Shown one piece after another: positions 8,401-15,725 of a DNA stretch of 15,823 bases. Location of the stretch: NCBI GenBank assembly GCA_046757025.1, contig JBHHXN010000122.1, positions 1-15,823 on the forward strand, read 5' to 3'. The notes under the pieces are model-generated. The model saw only the letters and a program-made list of their open reading frames with translations. It was not told where the DNA came from and searched no databases. The position numbers were made by a program, and so were the translations under genes. The stretch is from a bacterium. GTDB lineage: Bacteria; Zhuqueibacterota; Zhuqueibacteria; Oceanimicrobiales; Oceanimicrobiaceae. Within the stretch, counting starts at the first letter, position 1. Each line of letters starts with the position of its first letter.

Positions 8401-9617
8401 GTGCTTACGATGACACAAAATGGCGCCTGTTTGATTACGACACCCAGAATAGCCAATTTTTAGAAGGCAGCAATGCGCGGGAATTGATTCCGGGTCGAGC
8501 CTTTTTTATCATCACCAATCTGGAAAATATCGTGGTGGACAGCGGGCCCGGCGAAACCCATCGCACCGTGTGCAACGACACGTTGATGGTTTACGAAGGT
8601 TGGAATCTCATCGCGACGCCGTTCAATTTCCCGGTGAGCCGGGAATCTTTGTCCCTGATCAATTCCAATTCGGTCATTTCTCTGCGTTCGTACGAGCGCG
8701 GCTGGAATATCTCGGAAGTCATGGATCCGTGGAAAGGTTACGCTTTGTTCGTGACTGGCGAATCCGACCGTTCAAACGATCCCATCAAGCTGGTGGTGGC
8801 GCCGAAAGCGGTGCCCGGCCGACTGACAAAATCCATGGCCGTTCACACCCAACTGCGCCGCGGTGAATGGCGCATTCAAATTTCTGCCAGGGCCGGCAGC
8901 GCGCTGGATCTGGAAAACTGGGCCGGCATCGACTTTATGGCTGAAAGCGGTTTCGATGAACTGGAGCTGGCCGAGCCGCCGGTCATCGGTAAATTTGTAA
9001 AGGTGTCTTTCCCGCATCCGGAATGGCGGTTAGCGGTGGACGATTTCAGCACGGATATTCGACCTGCGGTCACTTCTGAACAAGTATGGGAATTTGAAGT
9101 CCAAACCAACCAGCCGCTTACGCAAGTGGAGCTCGATTTTCAGATGCTCGGTGATTTGCCGTCGGACGTGGAGGTGCATCTCATCGACGAAGCGCACAAA
9201 CTGGCGCAAAATGTAAGAGCTAAATCGAAATATGTGTTTAGATCAGAAAAGAATGGCAGCAAAAAAATGCTCAGGCTCATCGTGGGCCGCCATGAATTTG
9301 CCAGCTCGCAGGCGGGTGAAATCGCGTTGGTGCCGGAAAAATTCGCCTTGCTGCAGAATTTTCCCAACCCATTTAATCCCGAAACCAGCATTCGATACAA
9401 TTTGCCCCAGGCTTCAAAAGTGAAAGTGGTGGTGTACGATTTGCTGGGTAAAAAAGTGCAAACGCTGGTGAATGGCCAGCAGCAAAGCGCCGGTTATTAC
9501 ACCATCAATTGGAATGGTAAAGATGCCTCTGGCCGAAAGGTGGCTTCAGGAGTTTACATCTATCGCATTTCTACAGACTTCTTTACTTCCGCCAAAAAAA
9601 TGATCCTGATGAAATAA
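5481..9617 (+). CDS. Large secreted multi-Ig-like protein: two choice-of-anchor D/ASH-like domains, duplicated ~229-aa module, C-terminal FlgD-Ig/T9SS type A-like sorting domain
   Basis: Signal peptide; two L.FG....G.S.T....I.N...L....I...F.P.......L.I.SDD......L.G repeats (~5910-6535); C-terminus QNFPNPFNPETSIRY...VYDLLGKKV...W.GKD..G..VASGVYIY...KKMILMK; 1378 aa. Confidence 0.88.
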   Translation: MKCFTNICCVIIVYFFVNNLGAQVTKPTLTEINFLVDGQSVTTTSNGDVTVELKFDRSMNTAVDPVVKFGLSAPYALNVPKKGNGWISPTLWQGFFTVSGNNPETSDGKYIFQISDAVDTNQDTMDTALSTDLNKFLYICRSGELQLSADSLGFGTITLGTSKTLSFTINNLSCADLNISNISVPSPFSLINAPAFTIEGEGSQEITIQFNPSDRVDYSTNLTISSDDRNQGTHTVKLTGSAVGPKIVLSPTSLLSFGKIKVGFSDTKSVTVTNESAASLALSDTLHVTNISTNGSIYTVTPNSLTLPPDSSKTVDVTFTPTEHKLYNGYILSFHSDDLPRALKTIQLNGDASDESPPAEITNLIVNGGGFNGLTNGSSLSICWDNPQDPSGIKEIWWKFATSPVPPQSADDTTSAGGRYILNVGDNCASLRLQGRITSGFWYCYLWLVDGNGNSGWANAVPTSFRYDILPPGKPTLQNRSIAADDWFGSGETFRLTIGIPVDAVRGSRDASEVRWRYKTRPENPASYHNRYVFPTSGAASVQFTVPFNSTDYCGDDELYIWLADSAGNASADSFTVVPYKFDICSFALTGFSTTWSGYAGFTNAENLQFCWTDPNDAGVVSEIRWKLSRTAAAPQSPVDTTEFGGKLALAAGTKCASLPLFSKKLPEGYWYCYIWWVFANGNDASYVSAYQTSFVYDVTPPGMPIFGSQSISATEWFSTKTFKLTIDKPTDVPRGIKDAAEVRWKYQSPPTSESDYPGRFVFTSSLSEGLEFTIPFNDTTLCGEDSLFYWLADSAGNASPDSVAFVKYRFDICPPQITRIYSDTANVAALGQAFHDTLRITDDVGVDTAWVQYRFGGADSEEPPRAIVRIAETDSFVVEIPQAGVTRRGVEYKVVAIDELENEGSGPVRIGLCESDEKWFPVITRIENDFRIDKDGRPVPLINGDEETNYQLFSVPYMLDTSDVMQVIEDDLGAYDDTKWRLFDYDTQNSQFLEGSNARELIPGRAFFIITNLENIVVDSGPGETHRTVCNDTLMVYEGWNLIATPFNFPVSRESLSLINSNSVISLRSYERGWNISEVMDPWKGYALFVTGESDRSNDPIKLVVAPKAVPGRLTKSMAVHTQLRRGEWRIQISARAGSALDLENWAGIDFMAESGFDELELAEPPVIGKFVKVSFPHPEWRLAVDDFSTDIRPAVTSEQVWEFEVQTNQPLTQVELDFQMLGDLPSDVEVHLIDEAHKLAQNVRAKSKYVFRSEKNGSKKMLRLIVGRHEFASSQAGEIALVPEKFALLQNFPNPFNPETSIRYNLPQASKVKVVVYDLLGKKVQTLVNGQQQSAGYYTINWNGKDASGRKVASGVYIYRISTDFFTSAKKMILMK
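6590..7922 (+). repeat. Intragenic tandem duplication, period 687 nt (229 aa)
   Basis: TGGTACTGCTAC at 6804 and 7491; WLADSAGNAS codons at 7164 and 7851; Y.FDIC ends at 7235 and 7922. All offsets are 687. Confidence 0.92.
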
Positions 9618-9642
9618 CGATGTGGCCTCTCCATATCAACTG

Positions 9643-9673
9643 TCTGCGGCGCGCATTCGAGGTGCGCCGCAGA
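9643..9673. terminator. GC-rich hairpin between convergent genes, probable terminator
   Basis: TCTGCGGCGC...GCGCCGCAGA 10-bp perfect stem between the stops at 9617 (+) and 9686 (-), followed by TAATCTTTAATTT on +. Confidence 0.7.
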
Positions 9674-9685
9674 TAATCTTTAATT

Positions 9686-10441
9686 TCAAATCACCTTTTC
9701 TTTGAGCTTTTTCGCCTGACTACGGCTCAACGAAAGTCGGGTACCGTCCTTCAATATCACCTGGTAGCTGCCATCCCCCAGCGGCTGCAGCTCTTTGATG
9801 CGCTCCAGATTGACGATGGTTGAGCGGTGGATGCGCATGAACATTCGGGTGTCCAGTTTGCTTTCCAATTCCCGCATGGTCTGACTCACCAGATGCTGCT
9901 CTCCACCCACATGTAAACAAGCGTAATCATCCATGGCCTCCACCCAGTCGATGGCTTCCGGTTTTAACGGTTTCAAGCAGCCGCTTTCTTTTATCCAAAG
10001 ACGGTCGCAGGCGATTTGCGCCGATTGCAAATGGTTCATCAACGCCAGGAGCTGCTCCGAGGCGGCCTCTTTTTTTTGGATGCGAGTGAGCGCCCGCTGC
10101 AGCGACTGGGTGAATCGCGGTCGATCATACGGTTTGAGCAAATAATCCACCGCGTTCACCTCAAACGCTTGCAGGGCGTATTTATCATACGCGGTGGAAA
10201 AGATTACCGCGGGTAAGCGGTCGAGGTTTTTAAGCACCTCAAAGCCGTTGCATTCCGGCATTTGAATGTCCAGAAACACGAGATCCGGCTGCATAGCCAG
10301 AATGGTTTCGATGGCTTGTTTGCCGCTGCTGCACTCGGCGATGACTTCCACCGAGGCATGATCATTGAGAAATTCTTTGATCATTTGCCGGGCCAATTCT
10401 TCATCGTCCACGATGATCGTTCTAATGGGTCTGTCTGTCAT
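9686..10441 (-). CDS. LytTR-family DNA-binding response regulator
   Basis: REC domain (IVDDE, FLDIQMP, TAYD, DYLLKP) plus LytTR domain (FMRIHRSTIVN, LSRS); 4-nt ATGA overlap with the kinase. Confidence 0.97.
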   Translation of the reverse strand: MTDRPIRTIIVDDEELARQMIKEFLNDHASVEVIAECSSGKQAIETILAMQPDLVFLDIQMPECNGFEVLKNLDRLPAVIFSTAYDKYALQAFEVNAVDYLLKPYDRPRFTQSLQRALTRIQKKEAASEQLLALMNHLQSAQIACDRLWIKESGCLKPLKPEAIDWVEAMDDYACLHVGGEQHLVSQTMRELESKLDTRMFMRIHRSTIVNLERIKELQPLGDGSYQVILKDGTRLSLSRSQAKKLKEKVI

Positions 10442-11502
10442 GCGTTCGACTGTTTTATTGGGATGGAAACTTTAACCGAAAAGCCGTTTGGCTGCATGGT
10501 TGTCAACTCCAATTTAAAGTTTTGTCCATAAATTCGCCGCAACCGTTCACGGGTGTTGTTCAACCCGATGCCGCGGTCAAAAATCGTCGCCAGGGTTTTT
10601 TCGCTTACGGCTTTGCCGGTGTTGCTGACGACCAGATGCAAATCCGATTGGGTTTTGTAAACCTGCAAATTCAATTCGCCGCCGCTGGCTTGCGCGGAGA
10701 TGCCGTGTTTGATGGCGTTTTCCACAAATGGCTGCAGCAGCATGCTAGGCACGGGTAACGGAAAGGCGGAGGAATCGATTTCTTCTTTGATCTGCAGCTT
10801 GTCACCAAATCGCACTTTTTCGATATCGAGATAATTGTGAATGAATTCCAGCTCCTGCTTCAGGGTGATGAATTTTTTGTCGTAGCCATCCAGAGAGAAG
10901 CGCAGGAGCTGCGCCAGTTTTGAATTCATGGAGCGGGCTTTTTCGGGATCTTTCGCCATCAGAGCGTTCACCGAATTCAACGCGTTGAACAGAAAATGCG
11001 GATTGATCTGCGATTTGAGGTTTTCCAGCTCCATGTTTTTTGCCAGGTAGCTCAACTCTGCTTCCTGCAGCTCCTTTTCTTTAAATTTTTTGTAGAAATT
11101 GATGGTGTAAAAAATGCCGGCCAACAAGCCGTATTTGGTGATACCGTCTAAAAATTGCCACAGATGCACCCCCATGGAAATCATGTATTTCACGACCATC
11201 TCACCACTCAAGAGCCAATGAAGCCCATAACTTAGTCCAACCCAGACTGTCGAAAAAATTAAACTCAAGAAAACATGGATGGCAAAAAATGCAACCATGC
11301 GGGATTTGTTGAAGGGAAATATTTTACAAAAATACCAAAGGGGAATGCTCAGTAGCGCCATGATATAATTTTGGGTAGCGACGCCCTGCCAGGCAATAAA
11401 ATATGGCAGCTTTTCCTGGATGGCTAAAATACCTGCATTCAGAAAGTTGTACGCGGTCCAGATGATAGAACCGGTGAGAATGGTACGGCTGATATTTTTC
11501 AT
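10438..11502 (-). CDS. LytS/YehU-type membrane sensor histidine kinase
   Basis: About four N-terminal TM helices; LKSQINPHFLFNALNS H-box; QPFVENAIKHG N-box; GIGLNN.RERL. Confidence 0.96.
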   Translation of the reverse strand: MKNISRTILTGSIIWTAYNFLNAGILAIQEKLPYFIAWQGVATQNYIMALLSIPLWYFCKIFPFNKSRMVAFFAIHVFLSLIFSTVWVGLSYGLHWLLSGEMVVKYMISMGVHLWQFLDGITKYGLLAGIFYTINFYKKFKEKELQEAELSYLAKNMELENLKSQINPHFLFNALNSVNALMAKDPEKARSMNSKLAQLLRFSLDGYDKKFITLKQELEFIHNYLDIEKVRFGDKLQIKEEIDSSAFPLPVPSMLLQPFVENAIKHGISAQASGGELNLQVYKTQSDLHLVVSNTGKAVSEKTLATIFDRGIGLNNTRERLRRIYGQNFKLELTTMQPNGFSVKVSIPIKQSNA

Positions 11503-11560
11503 GCTATAGAGTCATAGTTTGTAATTTAGCCTGCCTGTGCGAAAGAATGCATGCAGACCA

Positions 11561-11616
11561 GGCTGTCGGCTTTTGGCTGTTAGCTGTTGGCATTTCGCAT
11601 TTGGCTGTTAGATTCT
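11561..11616 (+). repeat. Degenerate heptamer tandem repeat (RGCTGTT-like, about 8 units); left arm of outer inverted repeat
   Basis: GGCTGTC GGCTTTT GGCTGTT AGCTGTT GGCATTT CGCATTT GGCTGTT AGATTCT; 11569-11592 is the exact reverse complement of 12116-12139. Confidence 0.85.
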
Positions 11617-11659
11617 GTGTTCTGGATTTCTCAGAGTTGGTCTCTGACTTTATTATTAG

Positions 11660-12101
11660 CTCAAGTTTCGCAGTTACGCCATCAATTGTTTCTGAGGTAT
11701 TTTTCTTAACCTGAATTCCCAAAATTCTGTTCAGTTATAATCGTTGCAAAAAATACAAAATAGTAGAATGCAGCCCTTAATTTAAGAAGTCATTTCTCAA
11801 TCGACTTTTTGATTTACTATTTAAAAGGCGCTATGCACCAGAGCACCAGATTATCAAATAACCCCTTTGATTTTAACGCAGAGGCCGCTGAGAGCGCAGA
11901 GAGTTTCACATAGAGATATATTTTTCTCTGCGTCCTCTGGGCCTCTGCGTTAAAAAGAAATGTTAGAATGTGTAAATGACAACTCAATCACTCTAATTTT
12001 GAAATAGCAGCGCAATCTCTTTCTTATGAATTGCTTAAATGCGAATTCATCAGCTTGACCTTATATGATTTTGTTTAAATTATATAACTACGAAACTTGA
12101 G
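11660..12101. mobile_element. Candidate non-autonomous IS derivative (MITE-like), about 442 bp
   Basis: Ends CTCAAGTTTCGCAGTTA and TAACTACGAAACTTGAG form a 17-bp inverted repeat with one mismatch; flanks TTAG and TTAC could be a decayed 4-bp target duplication; no transposase ORF inside. Confidence 0.5.
11871..11955. repeat. Long palindrome built from CGCAGAG units
   Basis: TTTTAACGCAGAGGCC (11871-11886) pairs perfectly with GGCCTCTGCGTTAAAA (11940-11955); CGCAGAGA (11895-11902) pairs with TCTCTGCG (11925-11932). Confidence 0.9.
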
Positions 12102-12115
12102 TTACTTATGCCTTT

Positions 12116-12139
12116 TGCCAACAGCTAACAGCCAAAAGC
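12116..12139 (-). repeat. Right arm of 24-bp perfect inverted repeat (heptamer units)
   Basis: TGCCAACAGCTAACAGCCAAAAGC is the reverse complement of 11569-11592. Confidence 0.9.
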
Positions 12140-12223
12140 AAACATTTTAAACAGCCAATTTCCAACCACTAAATATTTACGAATTTTCAAATAAAAAAAC
12201 AACCAACTTGCAACTCAATTACT

Positions 12224-12967
12224 CTATTCCCAACGAAACGTTTTTACGGAAATCATGACCCCAATGATGAGCATGCCGGCCAGTACCGCCAGTTCCAAGA
12301 GGTGCTCATGCCAGCCGTGTCCCACCCACAGGCCGCGCAAAAGGTTCACCACGTGTGTGAGCGGCAGAATTTGCGCGTACGTTTTTACCGTCTCTGGCAG
12401 AATTTCCCGCGGAATAGTCGCGCCAGAAAGAAACAGCATGGGGTAGAACAGCACCATGGCGATGATCTGCGCGCTGCGAGCGGTGGGGGTGAAGCCGGAC
12501 AGCACAAATCCCAGGGCAAAAAAACTCAGGCTGCTCAAAATAAACGCCAGCAGGATATTGAGGACGCTGCCGTCGAATTTCAGATTGTAAACGACTTTCG
12601 CAGCGACGATCAGCAACACCATGCCGAGGGCGGTCATCAAAAGCAGCACCGCCACCTGCGCGGTCAAAATGGTCAGCGGTTTGACCGGCGTGGCTTTGAA
12701 CCGTCGCAGCACGCCGGATTCTCGGTAGGTTGAGATGATGATGCTCAAGGACAGCAGACCGCTGGTGGCGATGATCATGGCGGTGTAAGCCGGCACTGAA
12801 ATGTCCACCGAGCCGTAACCGCCAAAAAATGGCGACGGTTTATTGCCGTAGATGCTGCCAAAAAGGAACAGCATCATCAGCGGAAAGAGCAGGGTGAAAA
12901 ACGCGGCCATGGGTTCCCGCAAAAAGAGCTTCATTTCTATCCAGGATAATTTTAGTAATCCATGCAT
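12224..12967 (-). CDS. ABC-2 type exporter permease (247 aa)
   Basis: Start reassigned to ATG 12967 (MHGLLKLSWIEMKLFLREP...) with GGAG RBS; six TM helices; YRESGVLRRFKATP; FLSGAT.P; LPLTH; ends FRWE. Confidence 0.93.
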   Translation of the reverse strand: MHGLLKLSWIEMKLFLREPMAAFFTLLFPLMMLFLFGSIYGNKPSPFFGGYGSVDISVPAYTAMIIATSGLLSLSIIISTYRESGVLRRFKATPVKPLTILTAQVAVLLLMTALGMVLLIVAAKVVYNLKFDGSVLNILLAFILSSLSFFALGFVLSGFTPTARSAQIIAMVLFYPMLFLSGATIPREILPETVKTYAQILPLTHVVNLLRGLWVGHGWHEHLLELAVLAGMLIIGVMISVKTFRWE

Positions 12968-12981
12968 GTTCAGGTCTCCAT

Positions 12982-13902
12982 TTAATCTCGAATTTCTTTG
13001 CCGGTGAGCGCCAGAAAAACGTCTTCCAGCGTGGGTCGTTCCACACGCAACTCGCCAAACTGGCAGCCCTTTGCGTTCAGGGCGTTGACCAGCTCCACCA
13101 CCAATCGCTCCCCGTTTCCGAAAACCACAAATCGCTCGCCATTTTGCTGCACCCGGTTCACGCATTTCAGCGAGTTCAAAGTTGCGGCGTCGAACGGCTG
13201 GTGAGTGGTGAAGATCACCCGGTGTTCGATGGCCAGATTTCGAATCAGGTTTTCGGGTGAATCCAGCGCAACCAGTTTGCCCTGATCGAGGATCGCCACC
13301 CGGTCACACAGACGCTCGGCTTCTTCCATAAAATGGGTGGTGAGAAAAACCGTTTTACCGCGATCTCTGATACTCCGCACCAGGTCCCACATACTGCGGC
13401 GCGCCTGCGGATCCAATCCCGTGGTCAGCTCGTCGAAAAATACCAGCTCCGGGTCGTTTACCAGCGACAACGCGATGAACAGCCGCTGTTTTTGACCGCC
13501 GGAAAGCTTATCAAAATACGCGTCTATTTTATCGGCCAAATTCAACTGTTCCAGCAAAACCGACCAGTCGATTGCACGCGCGTAAAACGCCGCAAACAAA
13601 TCCAGCGCTTCCCAGACTTTCAGGTGGTGCGGTAGGTTTGACTCCTGCAATTGGATACCGATGCGTTCCCGAAGCGTGTGGCCGTTCTGAAAGGGATTCA
13701 TTTCCAGCACCTGAACATGGCCGTGGGATGGCTGCCGCAGCCCTTCGATGCATTCGATGGTGGTGGTTTTGCCGGCGCCGTTGGGACCCACCATCCCGAA
13801 AATTTCTCCTTCCTCTACCTCAAAGGAAAGGTCTTTGACGGCGGTAACCGCACCGTAACTTTTGTGCAGGTTTTCCACCCGGATGATTTTGTTGTTTGCC
13901 AT
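12982..13902 (-). CDS. ABC transporter ATP-binding protein (DrrA/CcmA-like exporter, 306 aa)
   Basis: GPNGAGKTT, LSGGQKQR, FFDELTTGLD, TTH; start reassigned to ATG 13902 (MANNK) behind GGAGATAGG. Confidence 0.96.
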   Translation of the reverse strand: MANNKIIRVENLHKSYGAVTAVKDLSFEVEEGEIFGMVGPNGAGKTTTIECIEGLRQPSHGHVQVLEMNPFQNGHTLRERIGIQLQESNLPHHLKVWEALDLFAAFYARAIDWSVLLEQLNLADKIDAYFDKLSGGQKQRLFIALSLVNDPELVFFDELTTGLDPQARRSMWDLVRSIRDRGKTVFLTTHFMEEAERLCDRVAILDQGKLVALDSPENLIRNLAIEHRVIFTTHQPFDAATLNSLKCVNRVQQNGERFVVFGNGERLVVELVNALNAKGCQFGELRVERPTLEDVFLALTGKEIRD

Positions 13903-14054
13903 AAAACCTATCTCCAATTAAATGCTTAAAGAGACTCTGGTAGCCTTTTTTACTACAAAAGGTGGTAAAAAATTAATTTCCAGATTTGGGCAGCTCATAT
14001 TCCAAATAGCGTTCATTCTCCCCATGTGCGAATGTGCGTCAACCTGAGAAAAAA

Positions 14055-14178
14055 CTGGTTCCCACACTCCAGTTTGGGAACAGACTTGTCTCAGAAACTC
14101 TGTTTCCTCTCTGTAAACTGGTCATTCGAAACAGAGTTTCTCTGCAAATGCGTTCCAAAATAGAAATTTTGGAACGAG
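14055..14178. repeat. REP/REPIN-like composite palindrome
   Basis: Hairpin GTTCCCA..TGGGAAC (14058-14081); GAAACTCTGTTTC (14094-14106) and its exact reverse complement GAAACAGAGTTTC (14128-14140); hairpin CGTTCCAAAAT..ATTTTGGAACG (14151-14176); outer ends CTGGTTCC and GGAACGAG. Confidence 0.85.
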
Positions 14179-14211
14179 AACAAGAGAAGATTGCTGTTTC
14201 AGCAGAGGACA

Positions 14212-14251
14212 CCCCCCTTTGTCCCCCCTCGAGGGGGGGGCAAAGGGGGGG
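14212..14251. repeat. C-run/G-run palindrome (REP-like; may act as terminator or mRNA stabiliser)
   Basis: CCCCCCTTTGTCCCCCC-TCGA-GGGGGGGGCAAAGGGGGG, about 40 nt downstream of the stop of the 14289-14930 gene. Confidence 0.85.
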
Positions 14252-14288
14252 CTCACGCAGAATTTGGTACCAAGCTTTCACCAGCCAC

Positions 14289-14930
14289 TTATGAAATCGC
14301 AAATTTCCGCACGAATTTTTCTGCTTTTTTGCGAGTGCTGCTGCGCGTGTTTTGGAGCTGTTTTTTGATCAGTTTTTCCACTGCGGTTTTATTTTGAATC
14401 TGGGGATAAAATTTTGCAAACGCGTCGATGGCCTGCCCCAAGGCAATGTTACGGCACTCGTCGGTACGATATCTGGCTTTTTCAACCGGGAGAATTTTAG
14501 CGACGATGGTTTCCGTCAGCGCGGGTTTGGCCTGCACGATTTTCGCAGCGTTTTTGATGACGTTGGCTGCGGTGACCAAAACCGGCCCGGGTATTGGTTC
14601 AAAGTAGCAGTCGATGATTTTTTCAAATTTACATTCACAGTCCACTACCGTCAGGTTGGCGAGAATATGAATGGCTCCCCATTTCAAAAAATTGTTTTCG
14701 CTTCCCAGCGCCTCGATGAAAAAATCGATTTTCGAATAAAGCAGCTCCGGCCGCTGGTCGCTGATGAGGCGCAAAATCTTGTCGCAGCCGTATTTGATAT
14801 CGGCTTTTTTTGAACGCAACCCCTGGAAAAGCTCTGGAATCAACTCCGGATTCTGCATCACATTTTCCGCCATCTCCACTTTGTCGATTTTTTTGTTGGC
14901 CACTTGTTCGAGCAAATTCACCTCCGACAT
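14289..14930 (-). CDS. Hypothetical cytoplasmic alpha-helical (HEAT/ARM-like) protein, 213 aa
   Basis: GGAGG RBS; amphipathic helix pairs (PELIPELFQGL....IKYGC..IL; FFIEAL.SEN..LKWGA..ILANL); no signal peptide. Confidence 0.75.
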   Translation of the reverse strand: MSEVNLLEQVANKKIDKVEMAENVMQNPELIPELFQGLRSKKADIKYGCDKILRLISDQRPELLYSKIDFFIEALGSENNFLKWGAIHILANLTVVDCECKFEKIIDCYFEPIPGPVLVTAANVIKNAAKIVQAKPALTETIVAKILPVEKARYRTDECRNIALGQAIDAFAKFYPQIQNKTAVEKLIKKQLQNTRSSTRKKAEKFVRKFAIS

Positions 14931-14942
14931 GGAATCCTCCGC

Positions 14943-15725
14943 CTACTTTTCAGTCATTTTTTTCTGAATTTGACTTTGAATCATTTTGGCAAATCCGCTA
15001 TGCGGATCGAGCGCTAAAGCGGCTTCGATGCTTTCTTTCGCCAGCACCAGCTCGTCCATTCCAAGATAGAACTGTCCCAGCCAAGCCAGGGCTTCGCTGT
15101 GCCCCCAGTCCGGCAGGCGCTTGTCTTCGAGCCGTTCGTTTTTGAACAGCTCCGCAGCGCGCTGCATTTCTGCCAGCGCCTTCTTTTTACTGCCGCCCCA
15201 CTGCTCGGGCGTGAAAAAAGCCGAGATGGCTGAGAACATGGCCACACGCGGATTGGTTTTTCCGTATTCCAGGGCGTCGGACAGGGCGGCGGCGGATTCC
15301 ATTCCAAGGGTCATGCCCAGCGATGGATCCGTGCTGATTTTTTGTCCCAGCAGCGATGACAGCAAACCATGGGCGTCGGCAAATTCTTCTTTTTCCTCCA
15401 GCGCTGAGTTCAGGTGATCGATGCCATCGTTCAGGTATTTTAATTGTAAAGCGGTTTGCTTTTTGGTTTGATAAAAAATGGCTAATCGGTAGTCAGCGTA
15501 GCCGATGTAATAATGCGTGAGCCATTGCATTTCTTTGTTTTGCAGCAACCGCTCGAAGAGGGAGCGCGCCTGTAGCATGATCTTGTCGTCCCACTTCTGC
15601 ACGCCATCTTCTATGAGGGTTTTACCTTTGATGATCAGCTCGTCAAATTCGTCTTCGTGGGCGGCCAATCCTGATATATTTATGCAAAAATAAAGCAGTG
15701 TGAACAAAAAGAAGATATTTTTCAT
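14943..15725 (-). CDS. Exported TPR-repeat protein, 260 aa
   Basis: AGGAGG RBS; signal peptide; TPR-like motifs (YYIGYADY, ADAHGLL, NPRV, GGSKKKA, PDWGHSEALAWLGQ...A...IEAALALDP). Confidence 0.85.
   Translation of the reverse strand: MKNIFFLFTLLYFCINISGLAAHEDEFDELIIKGKTLIEDGVQKWDDKIMLQARSLFERLLQNKEMQWLTHYYIGYADYRLAIFYQTKKQTALQLKYLNDGIDHLNSALEEKEEFADAHGLLSSLLGQKISTDPSLGMTLGMESAAALSDALEYGKTNPRVAMFSAISAFFTPEQWGGSKKKALAEMQRAAELFKNERLEDKRLPDWGHSEALAWLGQFYLGMDELVLAKESIEAALALDPHSGFAKMIQSQIQKKMTEK

Noticed and set aside
11504..11722. 72-aa minus-strand ORF
   Set aside because: Runs across the MITE-like end and heptamer repeats, starts at TTG and has no clear RBS; likely spurious.
11561..12160. CRISPR array or diversity-generating retroelement
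   Set aside because: Repeats are inverted or heptameric, not direct repeats with unique spacers; no cas or reverse transcriptase gene in the window.
12968..13165. N-terminal extension of the permease ORF
   Set aside because: Overlaps the ATPase gene; ATG 12967 has a good RBS and gives a typical ABC-2 length.
14034..14302. 86-aa (+) and 87-aa (-) ORFs
   Set aside because: Translations of palindromic repeats (PPLCPP..GGQRG appears on both strands).
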